Origin: Escherichia phage vB_EcoM-RPN242
Strand: one strand, 5' to 3'
Sequence record: OL656110.1
DNA: 64,000 bases
Each line of letters begins with the position of its first letter. Positions within the stretch are counted from its first letter, which is position 1. The notes under the pieces are model-generated. The model was not told the DNA's origin. It did not search any database and worked only from the letters and a program-made list of their open reading frames with translations. Position numbers and translations under genes: made by a program. Positions 8,805 to 18,190 of this stretch are shown here, piece after piece.

Positions 8805-9656
8805 TTAGCCGTTGATGCCGAAGCGACGATTATAGTCGGCCAACTGACGCTTGATAGATTCTTTCAGCTCTTTGTCTGTTTCATCTTCATCGTCATCTTC
8901 ATCGCCTTCTTTCTTAGGCTTTTTGCCTTCGGCTTTAACATCTTTGTTGTCGTCATCGCCGTCTTTACCGCCGACTTTGTCCTGGAAGTCATCGTCATCG
9001 TCATCGCCTTCTTTCTTCACGGACTTACCTTCTACCAGGTTGCGGAAGGTGTGTACGCGGGAAGCGAATTCGCTTTCGGTGGTGAACTGCACAGCTTCCA
9101 GCAGATTGACAACCGTTGCTTTCTTGGTGTCGACCATACCTTCACAGATACGGGCGATCACAGAGTCACGCAGAGTCGCATTCGCGGCTTCTTTGATTTG
9201 ACGGTTTTCGCTTTCGGCAATCGCAGCACGTCGTTCTGCTTCGGTCAGGCGGGCAGTCAGCGCAGCGATCTGGCCGTTTTCGTCGGTGGCAAAGTTGATA
9301 CCAGCTTCTTTCAGAACACCAGTCAGGCCAGTCAGCAGATTTTCAGCCGCTTCACGTTTGATCTGAGCATCGATTCCAGGAGCGTTCTTGTTAGCCCACT
9401 CTTCTACAACAGCATTCAGGAAGCCATCGACTTTGGTCGCGATTTCCATCAAGTGAGACTCTTTCAGCTGAGCAATCTCAGCCTGATGAGCTTCAACCAG
9501 ACGCAGGCGCTCAATGTTGGCAGCGTTTTCGGTTTCTTGAATAGCGTTCAGGCGAGCGGCTTCTACTTTAGATTCCAGCAGACCAGACACTTTATCCAGG
9601 AAGTCGGTGCTGAGGCCGTTAACGCCCTCAAACAGTTTTTGCAATTCAGGTTTCAT
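8805..9656 (-). CDS. prohead scaffold protein (gp22-like)
   Basis: 283 aa, coiled-coil-like with a poly-acidic tract (DDDDDDFQDK...EGDEDDDEDE); positioned between protease and capsid. Confidence 0.7.
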   Translation of the reverse strand: MKPELQKLFEGVNGLSTDFLDKVSGLLESKVEAARLNAIQETENAANIERLRLVEAHQAEIAQLKESHLMEIATKVDGFLNAVVEEWANKNAPGIDAQIKREAAENLLTGLTGVLKEAGINFATDENGQIAALTARLTEAERRAAIAESENRQIKEAANATLRDSVIARICEGMVDTKKATVVNLLEAVQFTTESEFASRVHTFRNLVEGKSVKKEGDDDDDDFQDKVGGKDGDDDNKDVKAEGKKPKKEGDEDDDEDETDKELKESIKRQLADYNRRFGING

Positions 9657-9680
9657 GATTGTTTCCTTCTGAACGATTTT

Positions 9681-9690
9681 CAGTATTTAG
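9681..9690 (-). promoter_or_regulatory. late promoter motif CTAAATACTG upstream of scaffold gene
   Basis: CTAAATA about 25 nt upstream of ATG 9656; AAGGAAA ribosome-binding site. Confidence 0.45.
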
Positions 9691-9701
9691 TGAGGCTGAA
9701 T

Positions 9702-10370
9702 TCAGCCCAGATGTTTCAATGCGATATCGAGGCGGCGCAGGAAGTCGTCTTCTAACTGAATATTGGTTTTCACCAATGAATCGACCACATGCCCCTTAAT
9801 GTCCTTAGGAACCCAAATTCCTGAAGATTCATCAAGCTGCCATTCCACAGATTCGCTCACAGCCTTTACATAACAAACTTGTCCAGAAGGACGGTCGACT
9901 GCATCAACAGCAGTGAGCATAAAGCCGGGTTGAACGTCATCATAGCCGTTCACTGACTTGGTCTCACCAAGGCCACGTGTAGACACGGCCAGGTTGAAGT
10001 CTGCTTCAGCCAGAGCACGAATGATCTGACCTTTCGGTGTATTCAGGATCCGCGCTCGACCGATAGCGTTGGTGCCTTCCCAGCGCAAAGATTCGGTTTT
10101 GAGTGCAGCGTGTTCGATATCGGGGAAAGGATAATCCGGATGCTTGAGTTCACCGATTGCACGACGATCCTGGATATACTCTTTGTCGTATGCTTCGACA
10201 GCAGGGATACCCACCTTTTGGAGATCGTAGTTGCGACCATTACGGTTCACCTGGTTACACATCACGAATGGACCTTCGATGTACATGGCCTTGCCGCCAG
10301 TAGCCGTGGCCGCTTCACCAATCTGAAGATCTTTCCCTATCGCAGTGATCTCACGCAACAGTTTCATCAT
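9702..10370 (-). CDS. prohead protease (gp21-like)
   Basis: 222 aa; sits between prohead core genes and scaffold; AAGGAG upstream. Confidence 0.65.
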   Translation of the reverse strand: MMKLLREITAIGKDLQIGEAATATGGKAMYIEGPFVMCNQVNRNGRNYDLQKVGIPAVEAYDKEYIQDRRAIGELKHPDYPFPDIEHAALKTESLRWEGTNAIGRARILNTPKGQIIRALAEADFNLAVSTRGLGETKSVNGYDDVQPGFMLTAVDAVDRPSGQVCYVKAVSESVEWQLDESSGIWVPKDIKGHVVDSLVKTNIQLEDDFLRRLDIALKHLG

Positions 10371-10377
10371 TCGCTCC

Positions 10378-10683
10378 TTAACTCAGTCCCATCATACGAC
10401 GGAACTTCATTGCTTTTTTCTTACGACGCTCGATTTTGCGCTGGTATCCCATACCCATGCGTTTCTTGGCTCGGATCGCCTTGCGGTTGCCCAGCTTGCG
10501 AGTACGGCGCTCACTGGCGACCATCACCTCACAACGGGAACCATCCGCAGACAGTTTGAAACCAGGAGCACACTGAAGACGGCGACGGCGTTTGCCTTTT
10601 GCGTTCACCTTGTCAATGACTTTCTGCTCATCCATGCGGGAAGCCAGGAAATCAGCGAACGTTGCAACTTCTTCGATTTCCAT
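10378..10683 (-). CDS. highly basic small protein, likely prohead core/internal protein
   Basis: 101 aa rich in Arg/Lys (KGKRRRRL, RRKKKAMKFRR); AGAGGA upstream. Confidence 0.5.
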   Translation of the reverse strand: MEIEEVATFADFLASRMDEQKVIDKVNAKGKRRRRLQCAPGFKLSADGSRCEVMVASERRTRKLGNRKAIRAKKRMGMGYQRKIERRKKKAMKFRRMMGLS

Positions 10684-10695
10684 GATACATTCCTC

Positions 10696-10866
10696 TTACT
10701 GGTCGTCGCCGAAAGGACCCATGTCTTGGCTCAGGGAGTTCAAGACATATTCAGTACCCTGCTGGACCAGTTCTTGGGCGCGAGCGGACAGCTCCATTTC
10801 GCATTCAGCAGCAGCGGCATCAGTATCACCAGCGATGATTGCTTTTACCAGATCGATAGCGGCCAT
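10696..10866 (-). CDS. small acidic prohead core protein (gp67/68-position)
   Basis: 56 aa from ATG 10866 (MAAIDLVKAIIAGDTD...); track start is a GTG overlapping the portal gene. Confidence 0.4.
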   Translation of the reverse strand: MAAIDLVKAIIAGDTDAAAAECEMELSARAQELVQQGTEYVLNSLSQDMGPFGDDQ

Positions 10867-10903
10867 GTTCATATCCTCTAAATGTTTTCTATACTTAGTC
10901 GAA

Positions 10904-12598
10904 TTATTCTTCACCACCAGGAGGGTTAGTCGCTGGGATGACGTTAGGTCTGAATTTCAGTGGACTGACTTCCCCGCTGCCGAAGCCGCCGGACTCATCT
11001 GCCTGCACTTCAGGGTATTTGCCTTCTTTCTTCTCTTTCGCGATCTTCTCTTGCTGGTCTTTGATGTCTTCATCGGACATACGCAGCAAATTGCGTTGAG
11101 CAAAATCGATAGAGAAGAGAGTGCCGATATATGGTTCGATCTGACCGAGAGCCGCCATACGCTGTGACAAGATTTCGTTCTCTTGTTGTTCACGGATGAA
11201 GCTGTCAGAAGTGAATTCGAACTTGACGAACGGCTTGATCTTCTCATTCCAGTCAGCCTGATCTGTAATGCCTTTCAATATCAGTTGACGGCGCAGAAGT
11301 TCCAGGAAGATACCAGAAGAATAACGACGGCGCAGGCTCGCACAGAACTTGTTGAAGCGCAGTTCTTCCTGTGTGATTTCAGCAAGATTGGAACCACCGA
11401 TGTTGATGGAACCTTCCTCTTGCAGGCGGCTCTTAGGGATCATCAGAGCCTCGTAGAGCTTCTCGCGGAAGTATACCACATGATCCATTTGACCCAGTTG
11501 ATCGCCACCGCCTACGTTGGAGATCTCGGTTGCGTTCTGCCCTTCGCGACGTGGTAGCCAGTAGTCCTCAGCGATACCCATCAAATGAGTGTTACCAGCC
11601 ACCTTACCAGTGGTGCGATCATACGCCAGGCGGTTCTTGAATTTGCCCATCATGGCTTGCATGTATTCTTCGGCCGACTTCTTACCCAGCGTACCCACGT
11701 CGAGATAGAAAGCTCGCTTCTCAGGAGCACGTGTGATCGCATAGATCACCGTTGCATCTTCAGTTGTAACAAGGTTGTTCAGGGGACGGATAGCTGGGTT
11801 CAGCAGGCTTGGTACAACCCCATTCGCCAGAGGCTCTTCACCACTGTCCAGATACACTATGCTCTCATCATCAAACACCAGCTCTTGCTGTGACGGTTGG
11901 AAGTTCTGAGACGTACCGGACTGGCCAGTGAATTGGTTGCGGTTGTAGTTCGGGTTGTAGTAGTATTGAAGTTTTACGTCATTGATGACTTCGATACCGT
12001 CGCGCATCGCCTTTTGAACGATGTACACTGGGCGGATACAGCGTGAGTCCATCATGATGAGTTTGGCGATACCCGCTTTCTTGTTCTTCGGGTCCACTAC
12101 AACGTGGAATGCCTGACGGCCTTCAATATACCATTTGCGGATCTTCTGATACGCTGTGTTGTCAAAGTCAAGGAGATGCATGATCTCTTTGAATGCGTCA
12201 GTGATCTTCTCTTTGACTTCGTCTGTGATGCCATCTACCTTTTCCAGGTTGATGGTTACAGGAGTCTCTTCCTCTTCACAAGTGACGACGTCGTTGACAA
12301 TGATATCCACAGCCTTACGAATCTCAGGCTGCTGAGCCATAGACTGGTACTCTTCGACCAGCTGTTTGACGTTGAGCAACTCATTCTCAACACCAACGAA
12401 ATTGAATGTGTTCGCGCCGCCCTGGAGGATGATGGAACCATCCTGAGAATCGTCCAGCGCAACAACAGTCGCTTTTGAAAGCAACTTCTCTTCTTGGTTC
12501 GTGACCATCTTGTCGGTATCAATCGGCGCTTCTACTTTGCCGCCTCTGCCGAACAAGCCGAAGAACCCATTTCCGAATGCACCATTACCGAATGCCAT
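10904..12598 (-). CDS. portal protein (gp20-like)
   Basis: 564 aa; sits between tube and prohead core genes as in T4. Confidence 0.75.
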   Translation of the reverse strand: MAFGNGAFGNGFFGLFGRGGKVEAPIDTDKMVTNQEEKLLSKATVVALDDSQDGSIILQGGANTFNFVGVENELLNVKQLVEEYQSMAQQPEIRKAVDIIVNDVVTCEEEETPVTINLEKVDGITDEVKEKITDAFKEIMHLLDFDNTAYQKIRKWYIEGRQAFHVVVDPKNKKAGIAKLIMMDSRCIRPVYIVQKAMRDGIEVINDVKLQYYYNPNYNRNQFTGQSGTSQNFQPSQQELVFDDESIVYLDSGEEPLANGVVPSLLNPAIRPLNNLVTTEDATVIYAITRAPEKRAFYLDVGTLGKKSAEEYMQAMMGKFKNRLAYDRTTGKVAGNTHLMGIAEDYWLPRREGQNATEISNVGGGDQLGQMDHVVYFREKLYEALMIPKSRLQEEGSINIGGSNLAEITQEELRFNKFCASLRRRYSSGIFLELLRRQLILKGITDQADWNEKIKPFVKFEFTSDSFIREQQENEILSQRMAALGQIEPYIGTLFSIDFAQRNLLRMSDEDIKDQQEKIAKEKKEGKYPEVQADESGGFGSGEVSPLKFRPNVIPATNPPGGEE

Positions 12599-12663
12599 GA
12601 TTAAGTCCTCAACATTTTCTTGTAATTAGTGAGGGGGAATAAGATCCCCCAGCACTGAGGACA

Positions 12664-13197
12664 TTAGAGAGACTTGTCTGAGATGGCCTGGAAGTAACGC
12701 AGGTCAACAGTGAACTGAGTATAAGAGTCCATTGCAGACATGTCCAGTTCCAGCTGACCGAGGTTCTGAGGCCAGGCACCCTGAAGGGTCCAGGTCTTGG
12801 TGACGTTGTCATTCGCATCCAACAGTTCCATGATTACATCACGGAAATAATCATCTGGGTTAGCAGACGCACGGTTGTTGTTGCTGCCGTTGATATACTG
12901 CTGCCAGACTTCGAATGCGTTGTACGGGGCGTTGTCCACGACGTTGATGAACGTCACAGGCAGAGCCTCGAAGCGGCGGTCACCTGGGAATGGAAGTTCA
13001 CGACCACCCCATGGGACGAGTATTTCCCCGAGCTGGCCTGTTGGGGTATTTGTGGTCACCGCCAACAGCGAAACATCACGGATAGTATCGCTTCCAGCCA
13101 CGAAGGAAGGGAAGTTAACAGTCACACGCCAACGGTGTTGGCGCTGAACGCCACCCCCGCGTGACATAGCTGCTCTGAATTCATTAACTGTAGCCAT
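12664..13197 (-). CDS. tail tube protein (gp19-like)
   Basis: 177 aa; C-terminal GAWPQNLGQLELDMSAMDSYTQFTVDL resembles the T4 gp19 C-terminus. Confidence 0.75.
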   Translation of the reverse strand: MATVNEFRAAMSRGGGVQRQHRWRVTVNFPSFVAGSDTIRDVSLLAVTTNTPTGQLGEILVPWGGRELPFPGDRRFEALPVTFINVVDNAPYNAFEVWQQYINGSNNNRASANPDDYFRDVIMELLDANDNVTKTWTLQGAWPQNLGQLELDMSAMDSYTQFTVDLRYFQAISDKSL

Positions 13198-13217
13198 TAT
13201 AGATTCTCCAGAAAGAG

Positions 13218-13931
13218 TTACACAATTCTAATTAGCTGCCAACCCGTCGTGTTCAAACGCTCTGCGGTCGCAGTTTTCCTATGATACACAGACGGTGGTG
13301 GAACTGGAATACCCTTGTCGATGTAATCATAGAGTGCTGAATATTTAAGTCCCAACCTCTCCACGTATTCGCGACAATTCCCGTGGATTTCGTATTCTTC
13401 GCCGGATGGAGATACCAATTTGAATCGCTTGGCATGACCGTTGTTCTTGCCCTTTCTGATTCCAGTTTCAATGCATTTTCGACTAAATGATAATTTACCT
13501 TCTTCTTTCCATTCAACCCCGATCCGACAGCTAATGATTTCTCCTGTTTTCCACCGTGGATCATCGCAATCAACTAAACCGAGATGTTCACCAGTAGAAG
13601 TCAAAACTGCTCCGTGTTTATTGGAAAATGTGGACCCGTCTCCACCCCAGGTCTTGTTGTACCCTTTCTGAGTTGACATGTGGGTTCCGTGTTGCTTTAT
13701 AAGAATGATTTCCAATTCTTTTAGATCTTCCAGGGATTTGGTCTGGGCTAACACTTGAACAGAAAAGGACTCTTCTCCGTACTTTCTTATTGCTTGGTGA
13801 ATAAAGTAATCAGATCCCTTCTGAGCACTATTGCAGTGCTCCCACCACCTTTGCATAGGGTCTCTCGTCGTTATCCCAATATAGGCTTTCTGATTGACTA
13901 GATTTGTAATTTTGTAAACACTTCCGATCAT
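13218..13931 (-). CDS. GIY-YIG homing endonuclease, free-standing
   Basis: N-terminus VYKITNLVNQKAYIGIT...RWWEH is a GIY-YIG signature; inserted between sheath and tube. Confidence 0.8.
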   Translation of the reverse strand: MIGSVYKITNLVNQKAYIGITTRDPMQRWWEHCNSAQKGSDYFIHQAIRKYGEESFSVQVLAQTKSLEDLKELEIILIKQHGTHMSTQKGYNKTWGGDGSTFSNKHGAVLTSTGEHLGLVDCDDPRWKTGEIISCRIGVEWKEEGKLSFSRKCIETGIRKGKNNGHAKRFKLVSPSGEEYEIHGNCREYVERLGLKYSALYDYIDKGIPVPPPSVYHRKTATAERLNTTGWQLIRIV

Positions 13932-13987
13932 TTCGATGCTCTCTCAGTAAAATCGTTCCATTTTAACCCGCGAGAGACCATTGAAAT

Positions 13988-14003
13988 GCCCTCCGAAGAG
14001 GGC
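13988..14003 (-). terminator. hairpin after the sheath gene
   Basis: GCCCTCTTCGGAGGGC on the minus strand directly after the sheath stop; weak U-tract. Confidence 0.45.
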
Positions 14004-14013
14004 ATGGGGTAAA

Positions 14014-15909
14014 TTAAGAAGCGGCTACGATACCACCACCGGATTCGATCTCACTGAATTCCATGTCTGGACGCACGGAAGCAAAATCAAGATACACCCA
14101 ATTTATACTGTACTCTGGTTTCAGCCAGATACCCGCGACCATGGTGTTGGCTGCGATAACATCAGCGGTGTTGTTGTCCTCGTCACACTTCACCATCCCG
14201 TCATAGATCGCGCCCATGTTGGCCAACTGGCGGATATATGGGCGGACAGCGTTGCTGAACAACCCACGAGTGAATGCATCGTTGTTCTCACCAAGGTAGT
14301 ATTTGGCGATGGCTGCGATATTCTGCTCTGCCATAATGAACAGACCACGAACGTTGATGCGGTCGAACGCAGATGGGCGGGTCAGGCCAGTCTTGTCGCC
14401 GTACAACACGATGCCTTCGTTGGAGAAGGTGACGATGCTGTTGATCTGGTTGCGATACAGCACAGCACGCTCATCAGAAGACGCAGACCACGCCATTCGA
14501 TTATAGTTGTTGTATTTACCACGGTTGTGGAACGCCGGAGATTTGTAGATACCCGCGATTTCAATGCTTCGCGCCCAAACACCTGCGGTGCCGCCACAAG
14601 CCGGAATCCAACGCATTTTGTCGTTGTACTTGTCGTACACATACGCCCAGTTGTCATCCATGAAGAAGTAGGAGGAGTCGCGAACAAGGCTTTCACGCCA
14701 GGCCACAACATCATCCATCTCACGGCCACGGTTTCCGACGACCGTATCGCGAAGAGGAGACACGAAGGACACTGTGTCTTTACGCTCGGTGGACAGGTCG
14801 ATCAGTGCCTGCTGCTCAATCAGTTCTTCACAGAAACCGAACACTGGCTTGGCATCATACGCTTCGGCGTTGTTCAGTGCCTGGATAGCCGCAACACGGT
14901 TCCCAGTGTAATCGTCTACACCACCTTCGAGTTCAATCACACCAGCAGCCAGGGTAGTGGCGAAGGTGTACACCCAATTTGAGGTGCCGTTGATCACGTC
15001 TTTGAAGTACGCATTGGATCCATCAGATTTCTTAGAACCCTGAGCGGTCTGCACCAGTTCATACTTCTCGATGATCGTACCGGAAGCACCAACAGTTGTG
15101 ACGGCAGCGGTGGCAGTCAGACCATTCGCGTCTGGAACAATCGCAGTCGCAGCCTGAGGACCGATTGCTTTGTGAGTGACGGTGACGGTGTTGGACTTCA
15201 CGACAACAGAAGAATACACGTCAGACAGGGACGTCAGCGCGGTTCCGATCTTTGTCGCCAGAGTCGCCGGGGTGTCAGCGTCAGTGTACGCCACGGCTTC
15301 ACCAGCAACAGAGATGGAACCAGCAGCGGTGGCAGTACCGGATACAGAGATACGATCAACCTGACTAACAGCGCCAGAAGAGTCGGTAATGCGACCTACT
15401 TTGTCAACGATGGCGATATGGTACTCGCCATCCTGTGGAGCATATGCGAAGTTGTTACGGAATTCCCAGGTCGGGAACAGCGCAGCATCACAGATGTTCA
15501 CAGCAATGTCGTTACCCAGAGAGCCAGCATAGCGGCCTGTCCAGGTAATAGACGCAGATGGGGACGCAGTTTCGAAGTCTAGTTTGTTGCGGATAAGGAT
15601 TGCAGTCTGACCTTTGGTTACAGCGTTGCGTGCCGCCGGACCGACCACACGGGTCACCCATGCAACAGAGCTGTAAGACAGGAAGTCAGCAATCACCAAG
15701 AAGTCGGTGGCAGTTGCATCGTTTGGCTTGAAGAATTTCTTCACCAGACCAGTTTCGCCACCAGTGACCAACACAGGGAGTTCTGCTTCACCCCATTGGA
15801 ATTTGCCGACAGTCGCACCCTGAACAACAACGGATGGAGACGTCTGAAGCGTGGCATCACGCTCAGTCCACTGTACGGACGGCGCAACGCTGAAGCTTTG
15901 AGTTGCCAT
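14014..15909 (-). CDS. tail sheath protein (gp18-like)
   Basis: 631 aa from ATG 15909 (track start 15942 is TTG); follows terminase as in T4; conserved-looking C-terminal domain. Confidence 0.8.
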   Translation of the reverse strand: MATQSFSVAPSVQWTERDATLQTSPSVVVQGATVGKFQWGEAELPVLVTGGETGLVKKFFKPNDATATDFLVIADFLSYSSVAWVTRVVGPAARNAVTKGQTAILIRNKLDFETASPSASITWTGRYAGSLGNDIAVNICDAALFPTWEFRNNFAYAPQDGEYHIAIVDKVGRITDSSGAVSQVDRISVSGTATAAGSISVAGEAVAYTDADTPATLATKIGTALTSLSDVYSSVVVKSNTVTVTHKAIGPQAATAIVPDANGLTATAAVTTVGASGTIIEKYELVQTAQGSKKSDGSNAYFKDVINGTSNWVYTFATTLAAGVIELEGGVDDYTGNRVAAIQALNNAEAYDAKPVFGFCEELIEQQALIDLSTERKDTVSFVSPLRDTVVGNRGREMDDVVAWRESLVRDSSYFFMDDNWAYVYDKYNDKMRWIPACGGTAGVWARSIEIAGIYKSPAFHNRGKYNNYNRMAWSASSDERAVLYRNQINSIVTFSNEGIVLYGDKTGLTRPSAFDRINVRGLFIMAEQNIAAIAKYYLGENNDAFTRGLFSNAVRPYIRQLANMGAIYDGMVKCDEDNNTADVIAANTMVAGIWLKPEYSINWVYLDFASVRPDMEFSEIESGGGIVAAS

Positions 15910-15947
15910 AATCTTATTCCTTCTCTGTAGAGTTTCGCTCAATTTGA

Positions 15948-15958
15948 AAGATATTTAG
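15948..15958 (-). promoter_or_regulatory. late promoter variant CTAAATATCTT
   Basis: Between terminase stop (15962) and sheath ATG (15909); GAGAAGG ribosome-binding site. Confidence 0.5.
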
Positions 15959-15961
15959 TGA

Positions 15962-18190
15962 TCACCGTCTCAGCCATTCTTCCATAGACATACCAGAGCG
16001 TTCATCATAAACCTGAATTCCACCGAACCCTGGGATGTTCTCCACAGAGTGAGGATCTGGCGTCGTCATCATGCCCCCAAATGGTAGCATCTGTGATTCT
16101 TCCATCGCAGACAACCGTCCTCTCATATCCACAGAGATATTTGAATTGGTGAGATCACTAAACCATTCTTGTTTCACCGCCCATGCATACAACACGAGGG
16201 GCATTACACAGTCATCATGACAACCATCATCGGCTTCATACCTTGTTCCAGTCCATACGAATGTACTGAGTTCATCTATCGTGTCCTGGTCATCTATCAC
16301 CAGCATTTCACGTTCAATCAGGGCTTTCAGGTTGGCACAGCCGTTTGTGCGCACCTTCTTGTTGGTATTGATACCAGGCTCAGGACGGCGACCACCGATT
16401 CTCTTGCCTGTGCCCTTGGTATCTGTTGTAGTGAAGATGATCTCGGGATATTCAATTTCCTGGTATAGAATTGTGATTACCTGACCACCCACGTCGTTGT
16501 TGGTCTCGACTAGCATCGGGCACGTTCCATACTTCTCGCCCATATCGGCGATTGTGTACGCATACATCATTGGAGGTATCGTGTTATTTCGATACTTGGC
16601 TGCGATCTTGTGAGGATAGTCTGTGATGTCGATAATGGTCAGCACAGAATAATCCCCTTCGACACCCTTGCCTGTATCTGCGATACCCATATAGATGCGC
16701 TTAGGATCGTAGTCGTGATAAATCTTGGTGAACTCGTTCGGCTCCTGATACAGCTTCGAGGTCATCTTGTCCAGACACTTGGCAGGTATCAGTGATCCCA
16801 CAGAACCACGGAACTTAATGCCAAATTCTTGATCGAAACGTGCATCACCCAGCTTCGCCCTTTGTTTGGATTCCCAGTCTGGATCTTTGGTGTACGTTGG
16901 AACACGATACCATGGGACCTCGGTGAGTTTGAAGTCGTTGTATTGTGGGTGTTCTGGGTTCGCCTTGGTGACGATGTCGTAGAACAACCCGCGCTGACCT
17001 TTCGGCGTACTGGTCAGAATACAACGTGAAGTCTCTGCAGATGCAATCGCCGGGAATGTAGACTCCCAGAATTCAAAGTCGTTTTCAATGAACGCCACTT
17101 CGTCCACATACAGGAGCGATACAGATCGACCACGGATGGAGTCGGAAGATGTCGCATAGGCGTAGATCTTTGATCCGTTTTCGAACTCTATCAGCGTGGA
17201 ACCGAACTTCTCACAACCCTGTTGGAGGAAGAATGGCAAATCTTGATATGCTTTGCGAATACGATCTAGGATTTCAATCGCCTGCTTCTCTTTGTTCGCC
17301 AGTACTGCGATCTCTTTGTCGGAGTGGAACATCGCATACCAGAGCAGGAACGCTGCCACGACAGTCGTGTTGTGGCTGAGGAAGCCGTTGGTGTAGTAGC
17401 GCTGATCACTAGATTTCACCTGTAGGTCATACATGTGATGCGTCTCACCAGTCTGCCAAACCTCACGGATTTCTTCTGGACCTTCTGACGTCATGATGTA
17501 TGACCCAGCATTCAGGTCTTTGGCAAATATCTCCTTCATTTCCGGAGTGAAGAATATATGTTCGTCGGCCACGTTAATTCGCCGCCCAGTAACAGTCACA
17601 ATAACGAATTCCGCATATTTCTTCGTCTTATGCGCTGCGATAACCGGAACCCAGCCACTATCGGATTGCACAAAGTAACGCTTGCCGAAGCGGCTGTCCA
17701 CGAACTTGTCATGGTTGCCAATGGTATTCAGCGGCACGGCGTGATTGACGTCCTCGAAGCGACTGTGAAGCTCCCCTATGGTCAGGAGCAACTGCTCTTG
17801 GCTGAGAGTATCGTAAACTGTGACAAGCGTGTCACCTTTTACACATTTCCCAGACTGACGAGCCTGGACGACCGCATTGAATCGATAGTCCTGGAAGTCA
17901 TGGAACAACTGCTTCTGGTAATCGTGCATGTCAAAGAGGATGAAGCCTTTATCGATGGTCGTGATCTTGTAGTAGTTGGCGGCGAAGTAATGGGCGTCCA
18001 TCGCGCACTCGACGAACTCCGATTCTTGTTCGTCGGTTAGCATCAACTCCACACGAGGTGCACGCACAGACGGCTTGCGCATGAACGTTTGGTCCATACG
18101 CAGTCTGACGTCTTCTGTCTTAAACCCCGTCTTGAGCGGGGCGTATTCTACATCACGCTTCTGATACGCCATCGTCTTCACCTTCTCCAT
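15962..18190 (-). CDS. terminase large subunit (gp17-like) containing a mini-intein
   Basis: Walker A reads ARQSGK|C...HN|TTVVAAF, giving ARQSGKTT after excision (T4 gp17 has SRQLGKTT); later region aligns with gp17. Alternative start at 18172. Confidence 0.9.
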   Translation of the reverse strand: MEKVKTMAYQKRDVEYAPLKTGFKTEDVRLRMDQTFMRKPSVRAPRVELMLTDEQESEFVECAMDAHYFAANYYKITTIDKGFILFDMHDYQKQLFHDFQDYRFNAVVQARQSGKCVKGDTLVTVYDTLSQEQLLLTIGELHSRFEDVNHAVPLNTIGNHDKFVDSRFGKRYFVQSDSGWVPVIAAHKTKKYAEFVIVTVTGRRINVADEHIFFTPEMKEIFAKDLNAGSYIMTSEGPEEIREVWQTGETHHMYDLQVKSSDQRYYTNGFLSHNTTVVAAFLLWYAMFHSDKEIAVLANKEKQAIEILDRIRKAYQDLPFFLQQGCEKFGSTLIEFENGSKIYAYATSSDSIRGRSVSLLYVDEVAFIENDFEFWESTFPAIASAETSRCILTSTPKGQRGLFYDIVTKANPEHPQYNDFKLTEVPWYRVPTYTKDPDWESKQRAKLGDARFDQEFGIKFRGSVGSLIPAKCLDKMTSKLYQEPNEFTKIYHDYDPKRIYMGIADTGKGVEGDYSVLTIIDITDYPHKIAAKYRNNTIPPMMYAYTIADMGEKYGTCPMLVETNNDVGGQVITILYQEIEYPEIIFTTTDTKGTGKRIGGRRPEPGINTNKKVRTNGCANLKALIEREMLVIDDQDTIDELSTFVWTGTRYEADDGCHDDCVMPLVLYAWAVKQEWFSDLTNSNISVDMRGRLSAMEESQMLPFGGMMTTPDPHSVENIPGFGGIQVYDERSGMSMEEWLRR
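17369..17845 (-). mobile_element. mini-intein, 159 aa, no endonuclease domain, inside the terminase P-loop
   Basis: Starts with Cys after GK, ends SHN followed by Thr; C-terminal block HHMYDLQVKSSDQRYYTNGFLSHN matches intein F/G blocks; removal restores GKTT. Confidence 0.8.

Noticed and set aside
8851-11167. Long plus-strand ORFs overlapping scaffold, protease and portal genes (8851..9201, 9051..9755, 10110..10559, 10345..10881, 10592..11167)
   Set aside because: Antisense shadow frames: Ser/Leu/Arg-rich low-complexity translations, no ribosome-binding sites, and full overlap with syntenic structural genes.
13981-14982. 333-aa plus-strand ORF opposite the sheath gene, and other antisense ORFs inside terminase and the 1628-aa gene
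   Set aside because: Entirely antisense to well-supported structural genes; composition typical of non-coding frames.
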